64,000 nucleotides of DNA. Origin: Mustelus asterias. Its lineage: Eukaryota. Below the pieces are notes generated by a model. The model was not told the DNA's origin and made no database searches. It was given only the letters and a program-made list of their open reading frames with translations. How positions within the stretch are numbered: position 1 is the first letter of the stretch; each line of letters opens with the position of its first letter. The position numbers were made by a program, and so were the translations under genes. The stretch spans positions 89,466,001 through 89,530,000 of the forward strand of contig NC_135811.1 in the NCBI RefSeq assembly GCF_964213995.1, written 5' to 3'. This document shows positions 11,301 through 23,632 of the stretch, piece by piece.

Positions 11301-12400
11301 TCATTAATGAAGCAGTTGAAGATGGTTGAGCCTGAACACTATCCTGGATCTGAAACGACTAACCTCCAACAACCACAGCCATCTTCCTTTGTGCTAGGTA
11401 TGACACCAAGCAGCGGAGAGTTTTCCCTTTGATTTCCATTGACTCCAGTTTTACCAGGGCTCCATGATGCCACATTCGGGTCAAATGTGGCTTTAATGGC
11501 AAGGGCAGTCACTCTCCCCTCCCCTTTGGAGTTCAGCTCATTTGTCCATGTTTGAACCAAGGCTGTAATGAGGTCAGGAACTGAACAGCTCTGGCAGAAC
11601 CCAAACCGAGCACCAGTGAGCAAGTTATTGCTAAACAATGCTGCTTGATTGCACAGTTGATGACCCCTTGCATCACTTACTGATGATCAAGAGTAGACTG
11701 ATGGGGTGATAATTGCCTGGGTTGGATTTGCTTTTTGTGTACAGGACATACATGGGTAATTTTTCCACATTGGGTAGATGCTAGTGCTGTAGCTGTACTG
11801 GAATAGCTTGGCTGGGGAGTGCTGCTCCTGGAGTGCCCTCCTTCATTCTTAATTGAAGCTGGATTGATCCCCTGGCTTGGTGGTAAAGGTAGAGTGGGGG
11901 ATATGCAGGGCCATGCAGTCACAGATTGTGATTGAGCACAGTTCTACTGCTGCTGATCCACAATTGTCTAGCCTGGAGTTGCTGGATCTGTTTGGAATCT
12001 ATCCCATTTAGCATAGCGATAGTGCCATACAACATTGAGGGTATCCTCAATGTGAAGTTGAGGATCTTCATTTCTACATGGACAGTGCAGTGGCAACTCT
12101 ACCAATACTGACATGGATAGATGGAATTGTGGCAGGTAGGTGGTGAGGGTGAGTTTAAGTATGTTTTTCCCTCTTTCCTCACCACCTATTGCAGACCCAG
12201 AGTAGTAGCAATGTCCTTTAGGACTCGACCAACCTGGTCAGTAGTGGTGGTACTGAGCCGCACTTGATGATGGACATTGCGGTTCCCGATCCTACATTCT
12301 GCGCTCTTGCCACCCTCTGTGGTGTCTGGGATATTACCTGTCAGGCATGATTCCATGAGTATTACTATGTCAGGCAGTTGCTTGTCTAGTTTGTGAGACA
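8327..12400 (-). mobile_element. Second CR1/L2-group LINE (family B), degenerate, split by a young CR1
   Basis: 3' tail at 8327-8424; body 10497-12400 with 'LLTGARFGFCQSCSVPDLITALVQTWTNELNSKGEGRVTALAIKATFD' (ORF 11339-11638) and 'CPVHKKQ'. Confidence 0.8.
8425..10496 (-). mobile_element. Young 5'-truncated CR1 LINE (ORF2 RT domain)
   Basis: ORFs 9844-10497 and 8509-9831 are in one frame split by one TAG; 'PGNYRPVSLTSVVGK', 'YMDFSKVFDKV', 'KFADDTK', 'LVRPHLEYC'; (TTCTATG)n tail; 5-bp TSD ttact (8420-8424, 10497-10501). Confidence 0.97.
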
Positions 12401-12722
12401 GTCCTTCATGAAAGGGTCTGATAGGAGAGAAGTAGTGCAGGCATTTCCGTTTGTGCGTGGGTGCTAAGCTAATGGCTGTAAATATAAGATAGTCACCAAT
12501 AAGTCCAAAAGGAATTCAGGAAGTTTACCCAGAAGGTGGTTATAATTTGGAACTCACATGGGATAGTTGAGGCAGCTGTGCATAGATGCATTTAAGGGAA
12601 ATCTTTATAAATAAATGGTGGAGAAAGGGATAGAAGAGTATGTTGAAGGGGTAAAACGAAGAAGGATGGACTGGTTGGGCCAAAGGACCCGTTTCCATGT
12701 TATGCAGTTCTATGTAATTCTG
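12400..12722 (+). mobile_element. Old CR1 3' fragment
   Basis: 'tttacccagaaggtggttataatttggaactc..gcatttaaggga..ttctatgtaattct'. Confidence 0.6.
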
Positions 12723-13783
12723 ATTTTTGTCCAGTGGTCAACATCATTCATTCGTAGCAGGTGACTTTCATGACCTGGGTTGTTCAAACCTGATTCTGAA
12801 ATAGGCACTTTGTATACAGATTAGTCTACAGAAATCGCCTTTAACTTCAAGAAAATGGTCATCCCAAGAGAACACACAGGGCATTTACCATTATGTCCAC
12901 ACTGAGCCTTTTTGGTGGGGAATAGACAAATAGATCAAATAGTCGTACTATTAAAACACTTGTGTTTGCAATGCCCGCAGTGATAAAATCTACCGTTTAT
13001 TTTGGCTATAGTGATTTTCCCTGTCATCCTGGTGGAAGGACCACACAATTAATAGCATTCCTAGCTAATCGCCCAGAATGATTTGTACTAGTTGTTGTCT
13101 CGCTTTTTGAGGGGAATATTTGCAAATTATTAAATTGCATTGCAATAAATGGAAATTTGAATATGATTTTGTTGTCTTACTGTGTGCTGTAAATCCAGAA
13201 AAGGACAACTATTGAACTATTAATAGAAAATGCTAGAGTATGGCTGCAATTAAATTCATTTATAAGGAGCTTGAAATTGATTTATTTCAGTTACTTGAGG
13301 CAAATTTAGTTCAATATTAAATGATAGGAGTGACAAAAGTGTCGTTTTTAAGGCTGTGTGGGGCAAAACTGTTTGTGTGCAAACAAAAATGTAATCTACT
13401 TTGATAATCAACCCTATTGCTTGTGGAGTGATTTAACTAACTTGAAGCTTGTTATTTGGAAACTTTTTTGTCTAAGTTTATTTTGACACTGAATTTTGTG
13501 CTAATTTCCTGAATTTGATTTGCATTATGCCTAATCCTGCTCACTGTAACGCATTGAACAGCATCACAGTGCAACAAAAGGCATGAGTGTAATTTTATGA
13601 TTTATGCTTGTTTAAAATAACATTCTAATGTGTAGAGCAGAAATGCATGGAGATCTTGGGTAACAAGTGATTTAAGGAGAGAATTTCAGAAATAGGATAT
13701 GGTAGCTGAAACCTCTCCTTTCAGTGGTGTAACAAAGATTGAGTGCCCCCAAGGGCTGGAGTTGCAAGATAAAGGACACATAT

Positions 13784-14290
13784 CAGGGGTGTTGAACTCA
13801 ATTCAGATGGTAGGCCTGATCCAATATCCTGGCACTTGATGCCACATTCAGCAAAAGTAGAGCATGTTGATTTGAGATGGACTTGATGGCTGCCTCAGAT
13901 CAGTGTTGGCTCCATTTAAGCAGTTTCCTTGCCTATTTCAGGACCCTTCTGTAAAATATGTAGAAAAATAAAATGGATCCTGTGCTGTGTAAGCCCCACC
14001 TTGTTTTTCCAGTTCTACAGCAGTTCTTAAAGTTTCAGTCTCCATATCTTGTCCCCCTCCCCCAACCAAGTCCTGGTCTTAATGTTCTAGTTTCATGTGT
14101 GTGCTTTTGGGGAGGCAGTGACATGCGGGAGAAGGGTGGTGATGCTGTATGCAATTTTTAAAGATACAATTCACTCAGTTCCGTTCGAGTACAAGTAGAG
14201 TACTGGATGATTTGAGTCCATTTGAGAATGCATGACGATCTCGCATATGAGCTGGATCCAGCCTGTGGGCAATTTGTTTGAAACCTCTTG
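13784..14290. mobile_element. hAT/Charlie-type non-autonomous element (MITE)
   Basis: Degenerate TIRs CAGGGGTGTTGAAC ... GTTTGAAACCTCTTG resembling Charlie-type CAGGGGTGTCAAAC ends; subterminal 'ggcctgatcc' and 'ggatccagcc'. Confidence 0.6.
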
Positions 14291-15477
14291 CATGGACTAG
14301 GATAGAGGGTTGGAAGAAATTGTTGTGTTGTATATCCTTTTCCTAAAATAAAATGAGGATTTTAAATTTTGTGCATTGGAGAAAAGGGATCCATTGGAAT
14401 TTTAGAAGAGCATCCATGAGGGGTAAGCAGAGCAGGATAAGGATGCTTGGATTTTGGATGAGTGGTTTGCATAGGGAAAAACTTTGGGCGACAGACAGAG
14501 AAGGCTTTTGAAATATCAAATTGGAGGTTGTTGAAACCCTGGGTAAATAGCTCCTGGTTGGGTGATGAAGTAAGATTGGAGATGTTGTTTTGGTGGAATT
14601 AGGTGGTTTTGATGATGGAGGGCATGGTTTTCATTTTCTTAGTATTTGGTTAGAGAAATTTCTGTTTCATCCACTGCTTAATGCTGGGCAAAGCATTTGT
14701 TAAAAACTGCTTTCTAATAGAGGGTTTGATACATTTTTAAAAACTGCCTCATACTGTTGATTTTTTGCAATTCATGGTTTGAAATTAACACAGATTTTCT
14801 TGATCAAATCGGGATCAGTGCATTTCATCAGTGGTTTACTGACAGTGCGAAAGTGATTGGGCTAGGATTAGCCAAATCCATTTTGATATTAGCTACTGCA
14901 CTGCATTACTGGTTTCAAGCTTTCATCAAACTTCCGAAAACTACTTCTGATTCCTATCATTGTCAGTACTGTTTTATTTTTTATGTTGTTGGTAATTAGA
15001 GTTTTAAAATAGACAAGTAACATTATCTACTTGTCATACAGTTGCTTGTTTTAATTGTTTAAAAATGTTAGACTAGCCTGCCGAAGCTTTCAAGAACCCG
15101 ACTTGTTACAGAATTTGGCCTGCTTTGAGTCTAAATTGGAAAGTGTGAGTTAAGAGTATCTAATTCAATGTAGCATCATGTACAGAAAGCAAAAGAAAGA
15201 AGGGATGAAGAGATGGAAAGGAAATTTTAAAAAAAAATTAACAATTAAAATATGAAAGAATGAGACTCCACACTTATAAAGTTGAAATTCAGTGACTGAG
15301 GGTCTGTTTGGCGGTAACTAAGATTTATCACATTATTAAAAATTACTCTTGAATGGACAGGCCGTAACTATTTCTGGCATGTTTGTGTATCTAGTGGGAA
15401 AGTACCTCGACTTCATTCCCTTTGTATGTTTTTAAAGTTGTGTCTTTTGAGATGGTGCAGGTATAATGAAGCAACAT

Positions 15478-16090
15478 TCTGGTGGTTATCATTCCCAGAA
15501 ATTGAGCTGCACCAGTCATATAAATACTGTGGATACAAGAGCAGGTCAGAGGCTGGAAGTTTTGAGGTGTGTAACTCGCTTCTTGACTCCCAAAAGCTTG
15601 TCTGTATTTACAAGACCCAAGTCAGGTGTGTGATGGAATACTCTCCACTTGCCTGGATAGTTGTAGCTTCAACAGCATCCAAGAAGCTCAACATCGTCCA
15701 GGGCAAAGCAGTGTACCAAATTAAACATCCACTGCTGTGCACAGTGGCAACAGTGTGTGCGATATGCAAGATGCACTGCAGCTATTCACCAAGCCTCCTT
15801 CAACAGCATTTTCCAATTTTATGACTTCTGCCTGCTAGAAGGGTAAAGGCAGCAGGGGCATGGGACGACACGACCTGCAGGTTCCATTAAAGTCATCCTG
15901 ACTTGGAACTACATTTCTGTTCTTTCATTGCTGCTTGATTAAAATCCTGGAACTTGCTTCCTTGCAGCACTGTGAGGGTATCCACGTCACATGGACTGCA
16001 TAAGTTCAAGAAAACAGTGCATCATCACTTTTTCAAGGGCAGTTGGGGATGGGTAACAAATGCTTGCTTAGCCAATGACACCGGCATCTA
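15478..16090 (+). mobile_element. Family B LINE 3' fragment
   Basis: ORF 15426-15824 'IYKTQVRCVMEYSPLAW...KKLNIVQGKA...CAICKMHC'; tail 'tcaagggcagttggggatgggtaacaaatgc'. Confidence 0.8.
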
Positions 16091-17710
16091 ATGTGGAAGA
16101 GCCAAGCAAATCTGGTAGCAACTTTCTGATTTCTATTTTCCTTTTGTAGGTTCTGGAGGTTGCTGTCTGATTTAGTCCAAAGCAGTGGTGAGCACTGACA
16201 GCTTCATGGTTGTTGTGACTGCAAAATCCAGTCAATATATTTAACTGCATTTGAAAGTAGTCTGATGTTGAATCTTCATTGGCCACAGCCCCGTGAAACC
16301 TAAATGATTGTAAGAAAATGTTGGAAAGATGTTATATGAAACAGCAGATACTCCATAATGAAATTCAATTTAGAAACATGACCTGTAATAAACCTCTTGC
16401 CACCAAATTATTTTCTGATGTATAACACTGCAACATGTGCCCAAATGAAGACTTGACTTTAGATATCAAGAATTAACTTTCTGAAGATAATGACCTATAA
16501 TTTGTGGCCAATGGTGAACTGACAATGCTCTCCACTGACCTTGAGAAAAACTGTCCACAAAGATCTTTCTGGAGTGCAATTTCCCTTCGTGTTAATTTTT
16601 AAAAATACTTCCATGGGATGCCAGATTTGTTAGCAAGACTGGCAGTTTTGCCCATCTCTAATTGCCCTTGAAAAGGTGACGGTGAGTGTTGTCTTGAACC
16701 ACTGCAGCCTATCTGGTCTATGTACATGGTCTGTTACTTTGAATCTGGTGCCATGTCAAGGGGATTTCCAGGTATCCAACAACAGTGATATCATCGAGCA
16801 GGGTAAGCAGCCAGTCACATCGAAGTATTGTCAAAGATATCAAACTAGGAAGTAAAATGTTCTGATTATCCTTCACTTTTTAATATTCTACAGGGAATGA
16901 AATAAATGATTGGGATATACACATTGAATTTAAGGTAGCAGCTGAAATATCTTAGACAAACCTTGAAAATAATTAATGTGGAATATTTATCATCATGGAG
17001 AAATTTGACTTTCTACAAATAAATATAAAGTTAACTTTTCAGGGCCAAAGCAGTTTCCCAGCAGCAATTATGAACTTGGTACTCAGTTACACCTTATTCA
17101 ATAAGGTGGAACTTTTTCAAGGGTTTTTATAGCAAGACTAATATTGTAGAAGGGCATGTTCTCACCAATTCAGCAATTTCTAATTTATTGCAGTTTGGAC
17201 CCAATGAAGAAGTGCTGAATCACCGATTTGGATTTCTGAGTTTAACCGTGCTTGTGCGGACTTCAGAAGTTGTTGTCGGTTCAGAGGTAATGACTGCCAA
17301 TGCTGATGGTTTCACCATTGTTTTTACTGCAACATCTGGGTGTTTTTATTCACATTTGTAGTTATTAATTATACAATGACTTTTTGAATGTTCCAAATAC
17401 GCAGAGTTTGTACCACTGCTTGACCAGCACCCTCTACATGTTGCAATTTATTCTAAATGCAGACAAAACAAGCCAATTACTGACCTGCAACCTGAAATTT
17501 ACAATCAAATTACTGGCTTCCTAATTGTCCTGAACAAGTTACAAACAGCCACCATTACTTGGATTCCATAGTTTTTGAACAGCGGTCTGAAACATTAAAG
17601 ACCAGATTAACAGTTAAATATCAAAGATAGCCCATCAACAATGCTACAAGATGCTAATATTTAGAAAAGGATGATGGTAATGTTGGGCAGGTGAAATCAA
17701 GAAATGTATT

Positions 17711-18003
17711 GGCACAGTGGTTAGCACTGTTGCCTCACAGCGCCAAGGACCTGGGTTCAATTCACAGCTTGGATCACTATCTGTGCAGAGTCGGCACGTT
17801 CTCCCCAAGTCTGTGTGGGTTTGCTCCAAGTGCTCTGGTTTCCTTCTACAGTCTGAAAGACGTGCTGGTTAGGTGCATTGGCCATGCTAAATTCTCCCTC
17901 ACTGTATCCGAATAGGCGCCAAAGTATGGCGACTATGGGATTTTCACAGTAACTTCATTGCAGTATTAATGTAAGCCTACTTGTGACACTAATAAATAAA
18001 CTT
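17711..18003 (+). mobile_element. V-SINE, Rex/Babar-like tail type
   Basis: A box TGGCACAGTGG, B box GGTTCAATTC, V core, tail 'ttcattgcagtattaatgtaagcctacttgtgacactaataaataaactt'. Confidence 0.88.
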
Positions 18004-18893
18004 AAAAACTATTGGAAGATAGTACAGGCTGTTTGATTCAGTAGTAATTAACTTATACTGTTTTCTATTAAAGTATGCCGTAAGAATTTAGAGAGAAGGA
18101 ATGTCTTTTCAAGCCATGAAGTTTGCTGTTTTTCTGTATGGCATGTTATATATTTCTATTCTACTTTTTATATTTATCTGGTAAGGGTCTTTATTATATC
18201 AAATTTAAAAATAAATTTATTTAAAAATAAAAAAAATTCAGAGGTATTCAACGTACAAATGGCCAATATAAGAACCAAAGTATATGGTTTCATATGTATA
18301 GTTTCTGACATGGCAAGCTTTACAAGAGACAATAACCAGAGAAAATTGTAGATGGATTAATCTTGAATTAACTACGAGTCGAAATCCGAAGATGTCCTCT
18401 GGAAGATTCCCCATCACTGACGTTAAACTGACTGGTTTATCTCTCTCTTTCCCCCCCCCTCTTTTTTGAATAGTAATATTTGCAACCTTCTAGTCATCTG
18501 TCACCACTCCCATATCCAACAAGAATGAAAAGATTGTGGGCAAAGCTATCACTATTTCCACCCTTGCTTTCCTCAGCAAAACGGGATGCATTTCATCTGG
18601 GCCAACGTGAACTTTCTGTAACGAGTGCTGCCAACCTTTTAAGTACTTCCTCTTGAACTATTTTTATCCTATCCAATTTCCCTATCCCCTCCACTTCTCT
18701 TTTGTTATTGGCAGAATCCTCTTTAATGAAGACAGTACCTCAGTGATGCCCTCTATGTAAATAATAATATTTCTCTTTGATGCTGAATTGGCCCCACCTT
18801 TATGTACTCTTTATATATTTTTGATATATGTTATCCACTAAGCATTTCTCATACGTTCTCTTTTCCCGTTGAGAACTCTGCATTCCTCCAACT

Positions 18894-19088
18894 CTTGGAT
18901 AAAAGCAAAATACTGCGGATGCTGGAATCTGCAACAAAAACAAATGCTGGAAAATCTCAGCAGGCCTGACAGCATCTGTGTGGAGAGATGCTCTGATGAA
19001 GGGTCATCTAGACTCGAAACATTGGCTCCATTCTCTCCCCACACTTGCTGTCAGATCTGCTGAGATTTTCCAACATTTTCTGTTTTTG
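18894..19088. mobile_element. Fold-back Penelope-like remnant (second PLE family)
   Basis: 11-bp TSD ttcctccaact (18883-18893, 19089-19099); inverted arms 'aatgctggaaaatctcagcagg.ctgacagca' and 'tgctgtcagatctgctgagattttccaacatt'; hammerhead core between the arms. Confidence 0.8.
18990..19026 (+). ncRNA. Degenerate minimal hammerhead ribozyme motif
   Basis: GCU-CUGAUGA-A-GGGUC(AUCUA)GACUC-GAAA-CA-UU-GGC; stem III palindrome ACGU apparently decayed to ACAU. Confidence 0.6.
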
Positions 19089-19099
19089 TTCCTCCAACT

Positions 19100-19375
19100 A
19101 TTGTCTGCTGTGTATCCCCAGTTTCCTTTGGTCTGCTGGTGGCTGGTGAGCCTTCAGCCATCTGGGCCTTTAGCTTTGAAATTTCTCTTTAAGCTCCTCG
19201 CTTTGCAATTTCTGTCTTTCTCTAACATATTCCCTTATGTTTACCTCTAACATTTAAAAACAAATTGGATCACTTGCCCTAATTTCTCCTTTGCCAGTTG
19301 GACTTAGTGTTGCGAAATGTCTTGGGATGTTTTATTGTGCTTAAAATGCTACGTGAAGGCAAGTTGTTTTGTTTT
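19100..19375 (+). mobile_element. Old L2-type LINE/SINE 3' end
   Basis: 'gcgaaatgtcttgggatgttttattgtgcttaaaatgctacgtgaaggcaagttgtt' resembles the L2/Deu-SINE tail; similar tails at 4420-4460 and 32875-32945. Confidence 0.55.
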
Positions 19376-19890
19376 CTGTATTGACTGCACAACAAATTTA
19401 CTTGTGAAGGCAATAGCTTCGTTTTCAGTGATGTTCTATTCAAGTTTCGAGAGTAAGGTAAATTACTGAAGGCGACGTTTGTTGCCGCCTTAAAGTGGAG
19501 GTGGCTTAAACTAAAGGAGTTATTAGGTTAATTAAATTCTGTGTTTGAAACAAGATGACTTACATGAGATCAGTACTACTTTGTAAAATCTTATAATGAA
19601 GGAAAAGCTAGTTATGAAACACCAGAAAAATGGTGTGAACAGTGTCTGGTTAGGATCAAATGCAGTTACCTAAAAGCAGTCCTTTTATTGATAGTTACTG
19701 ATCTTCCTCACTGCTCTTATATTTCAGGTTCACTTTGCTCAATATTGAAATTCAGAATCAATTATAATGTAGCTAACCTCAGTAAAAACTTTTATTGCTA
19801 GATTCTGATAATGTGCTTCCATGTTCATCAATACCTACTGAATCACAAATTTGGAGAAGGTCCTATTTGCAAAATGAACCTATTATGGAG

Positions 19891-20130
19891 TGTTGTAGTA
19901 ATCTTTTTATTTTGAATGTATATACTGATGTCTTTAGTGGGTATTAGCGTACGCAAGTGACATCATTATAAGCGCATGCGTTCATGCGTTTCATCTTACC
20001 ATGAGGGACCAGTGTAACTAGCTGCCTCCAGTTCTGAGTCCATGCTGTATTGTATTTCAATATTTTTGTAAGTAAAGAAGATTGAATATCACAATGCTTT
20101 TGACGACCTTTTTGTGGCCAAGCTACCACA
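19891..20130 (+). repeat. 5' LTR
   Basis: TGT...ACA ends; shares 'gtgtaactagctgcctccagttctgagtccatg..gaagattgaatatcacaatg..cctttttgtggccaag' with the 3' LTR. Confidence 0.85.
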
Positions 20131-21257
20131 TCTTTTTGGCGATTGAGAAGAAAATGGCAAAATAAAAGGAAAATAAAAATTTGAGGTTCGGCATGGCGGT
20201 ATGAAGATTTGCACAGTGAATGGCTAGTTTGCAACGTGATCAGCGGGTTCGTAAGTTCACCAATGAAAAACCCACTTAGCAGCACCATGATTATGTTTGG
20301 GACTAGCAGTGAGTTTATGGAAAAAAACGGGGACCGAACTGAATATGTGAAAAGTTTGGAACATTTTTTTGGCAAATGGAATTGCAGATGAGGCACCCAA
20401 TTATCCTGTGTGTATGTAGGGCAAAGACTTGCAAGCTGGTAAGGAATTTCGCAACACCACAGAAATGGGGGGGCATTTAATTTGTGGATTTAGTTGCACT
20501 CATTCAGAATCAGCACAATCCTAAGACCTCAGTGATTGTCCAGGACTTCAAGTACCATAGTCATTTTTGGAACACAACAGTCCGTGGCTAACTTTGTTGC
20601 TGAATTATGCCATTTCTCATACCATTGTGAGTTTGGAGGATGTGCCCCTAGATAGACTAGTCCATGACATTAATGAGGACAGCATTCAGTGTCTTTTGTT
20701 GAAAGAAGCCACACTGGCTATCAGGAAGGCTCTAGAAATGTCTCAGGCATGGAAATGGCTGCCAGCAATACAGAAGATATTCAAAAAGCCAATGGCAGGT
20801 GCAGTGCATCAAAGTAAAAAAAGAGGCTGAAAGCAAAAAAGGTGAAAGCAATGGAATGTTTCAGGTGTGGAGGGACACACTATGCAAATCATTGCAAATT
20901 TATGGAAGCTGTTCGTCACTGTTGCAACCAAACTGGTCATTTCACTAAGAAATGCAGCAGTGCTCAGAGCAAGTCGAAGGCTGAGCAGGGAAAATCAAAT
21001 TCAAAAGGCCCTCAATCAGTTACGCATCATCTGGAAAGCTCGGCGCAGGCAGAGGAGCATTCTTATAATGTGTTTAATATGCGCAGAACCTATGATGCAG
21101 TGGGGATCGATGGAAAACCAATAAAGATGGAGGTGGACACAAGCACCTCTGCATTTGTAATCAGTGAGGAGACCTACAGGAAGTCTTGGGCAGGGATCAA
21201 ACTTAGAACTTACACTGGGAAGGTTATGCCATTGCTTGGAGCATTAGAAGTGGACAT

Positions 21258-21560
21258 TATAGAATCAGAAGAATCATAGAATCCCTACAGTGCAGAAGGA
21301 GACCATTCGGCCCATCGAGCTTGCACTGGCAACAATCCCACCCAGGCCCTATCCCTGCTAACCCTCTGACATTAAGGGGCAATTTAGTATGGCCAATCAA
21401 CCTAACCCGCACATCTTTGGAGTGTGGGAGGAAACCGGGGCACCTGGAGGAAATCCACGGAGGCACAGGGAGAGTGTTCAAACTCTACACAGACAATTAC
21501 CCAAGGCCGGAATTGAACCCAAGTCTCTGGCGTTGAGAGGCAGCATTGCGCTCAGCCGCC
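21258..21560 (-). mobile_element. V-SINE, CR1-type tail, nested in Gypsy pol
   Basis: Reverse-complement V core; tail reads 'gggccgaatggtctccttctgcactgtagggattctatgattct' on minus. Confidence 0.88.
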
Positions 21561-23077
21561 AAGAAGCAAGAGCATGGTTCCTGGTGGTAGAATGGAAAAA
21601 GCCTAGTTTATCAGGATGTGACTGACTTGCAAAATTCCCTTGAACTGGGGTGAGATTAAGCACCCAAAGGTGAGAGGATATCATTCAGAAATGACCTGAG
21701 GTTTTCAAGGATGAACTGGATACATTGCGTGGCACTGCAATTAAGTTGTTCGTAGACCTTCAGGTTACTAACTTTTTCAAGCCCAGGACAGCCCATGAAA
21801 GGCAAAGTGGAGGTGGAGTGACTGCAGAGGCTTGGAATCATTGAGCCCATTCAATTTTCACATTGGGCAGCTCTGATTGTTCCTGTTGTTAAAGTAATGG
21901 TATGGTGCGCATATGCGGGGATTATAAACTTACCATTAATTGGGCCTCCAAGCTGGACGCTTACCCATTGCCGTGGGTGGGAGATCTGTTTTCAACCCTT
22001 GCAGGAGGCAAGACGGTCATTCGCAAGTCTTGGATGAAGTTCATGAGGCTCACCTGGTGCCTCCTGAATGAAAAGGTCGTATGTCTGGTGGCCTAATATG
22101 AATCTGAATTTGGAGAACAAGGTGAAATCCTGTTGTTCTTGTCAGATGAACCAGAAGATGGTGCCACCAGCACCACGACATCTATGGGAGTGGCTGATTG
22201 TCCATGGTCTCGACAGCTTGTGGACATTGCAAGGCCTTTTATGTGTCATATGTTTCTAGTCATCATAGATGCACATCGTAAGTGGCTATAGAAGTACACT
22301 TCATGATCAACATCACAGCTTCTCTTGTTTCTCTTAATGGTGCAACATTTACAAGTGATTTGTTCCACGAGTTTATGCAAAGGAATGGAATACATCAGCA
22401 ATGTACTGCATCTTTTTCATCCAACTTCAAATGGTTTAGCAGAACAAGCTGTTCAGACACTGAAAGAAGGATTGAGGAGAATAGCAGGGAACCAAACTCT
22501 TATGGATCTTGTTCCAGTATTGTATTGTGCCACAAAAAACAACAGGACTCTCACCAGCTGAATTACTAATGGGTAGGAAGCCAAACTCACTCGATTTGCT
22601 ACATTCAGATGTCAAAATGAGAGTGGAAAGGAGGCAGGAAAAGCAGGAGGAGAGACATGACCACCATGCTAAGGAGAGACATTTCAACCTGAACGATTGT
22701 GTCTCTTTAACGAATTTTGGCAGCAACTAACAATGGCTGCCTGGAGTTATTCTGAACCAAAGTGGTCCTGTATCTTTGTTAGTGAAACTGACCAATGGAA
22801 GAGTCGTTCACAGACACCATTCGTCAAGGGTGGCACGGTGGCATTACTGCTTTACAGCGCCAGGGACCTGGGTTCAATTGCTGTCTGTGCGGGGTCTGCA
22901 TCTTCACCCCGTGTCTGTGTGGGTTTTCTCCAGGTGTTCTGGTTTCCTCCCATAGTCCGAAAGACTTGCTGGTTAGGTGGATTGGTCATGCTAAATTCTC
23001 CCGCAGTGTACCTGAACAGGCGTCGGAGTGTGGCAACTAGGGGATTTTCACAGTAACTTAACTGCAGTGTTAATGTA

Positions 23078-23269
23078 CAGTAAGTAGTCTCACAATACCA
23101 GGTTAAAGTCCAACAGGTTTATTTGGTAGCGCGAGCTTTCGGAGTGCCGCTCCTTCATCAGGTGAGCGCTCCGAAAGCTCGTGCTACCAAATACACCTGT
23201 TGGACTTTAACCTGGTGTTGTGAGACTACTTACTGTGCCTACCCCAGTCCAACGTCAGCAGCTCCACAT
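23078..23269. mobile_element. Fold-back Penelope-like insertion (192 bp) with hammerhead motif
   Basis: 13-bp TSD cagtgtta(a/g)tgta (23065-23077, 23270-23282); near-perfect inverted arms ~23077-23144 and ~23169-23236; unpaired tail 'gcctaccccagtccaacgtcagcagctccacat'. Confidence 0.88.
23130..23164 (-). ncRNA. Minimal hammerhead ribozyme motif (stem I mismatch)
   Basis: CAC-CUGAUGA-A-GGAG(CGGCA)CUCC-GAAA-GC-UC-GCG. Confidence 0.7.
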
Positions 23270-23632
23270 CAGTGTTAGTGTAAGCCTACTTGTGACACTG
23301 CTGCTTAAACTTATGACTCAGACAGCAGAGGTTACAGGTAACACGGTTGAAGGAAATGCTGCTGTGGACATTCGATAGGGCATGTACAGGGGCATCCAGT
23401 GGACTCTACTCCAGGAGCGATGAGGGACATTCATGCACAGTTACTCAACTTACTCCTGCATTCACAAGTCTAGCCCCACTGAAACAAGCTTTACCAGTGT
23501 CCACTGAATCATCAGTGGTACTGTACAGGTCACAGTGTAATTGCAAAGCTCCTGAAAGACTGACTTATAATTGAGACATGAGTTTCACTATGCTCCTTTC
23601 CTCGAGGGAGATTAAAATTAAGGGGGTAGAAG

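Larger units (their letters stand above)
22828..23299 (+). mobile_element. V-SINE, Rex/Babar-like tail, interrupted by a PLE
   Basis: Head ggtggcacggtgg..ggttcaatt, V core, tail split at 23077/23270 and resuming 'gtaagcctacttgtgacact'. Confidence 0.85.

Noticed and set aside
17092-17110. Short palindrome caccttatt-c-aataaggtg
   Set aside because: A 9-bp arm is expected by chance in 64 kb of AT-rich DNA.
17711-17770. tRNA genes suggested by A/B boxes (also 6830, 38830, 60480)
   Set aside because: They are SINE heads running straight into the V-SINE core and do not form complete cloverleaves.
19944-20396. 150-aa minus-strand ORF
   Set aside because: Antisense to Gypsy LTR/gag; chance frame.
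23165-23190. Hammerhead on the plus arm of the 23078 palindrome
   Set aside because: Has GAAA-GC-UC-GUG but lacks the CUGAUGA half.
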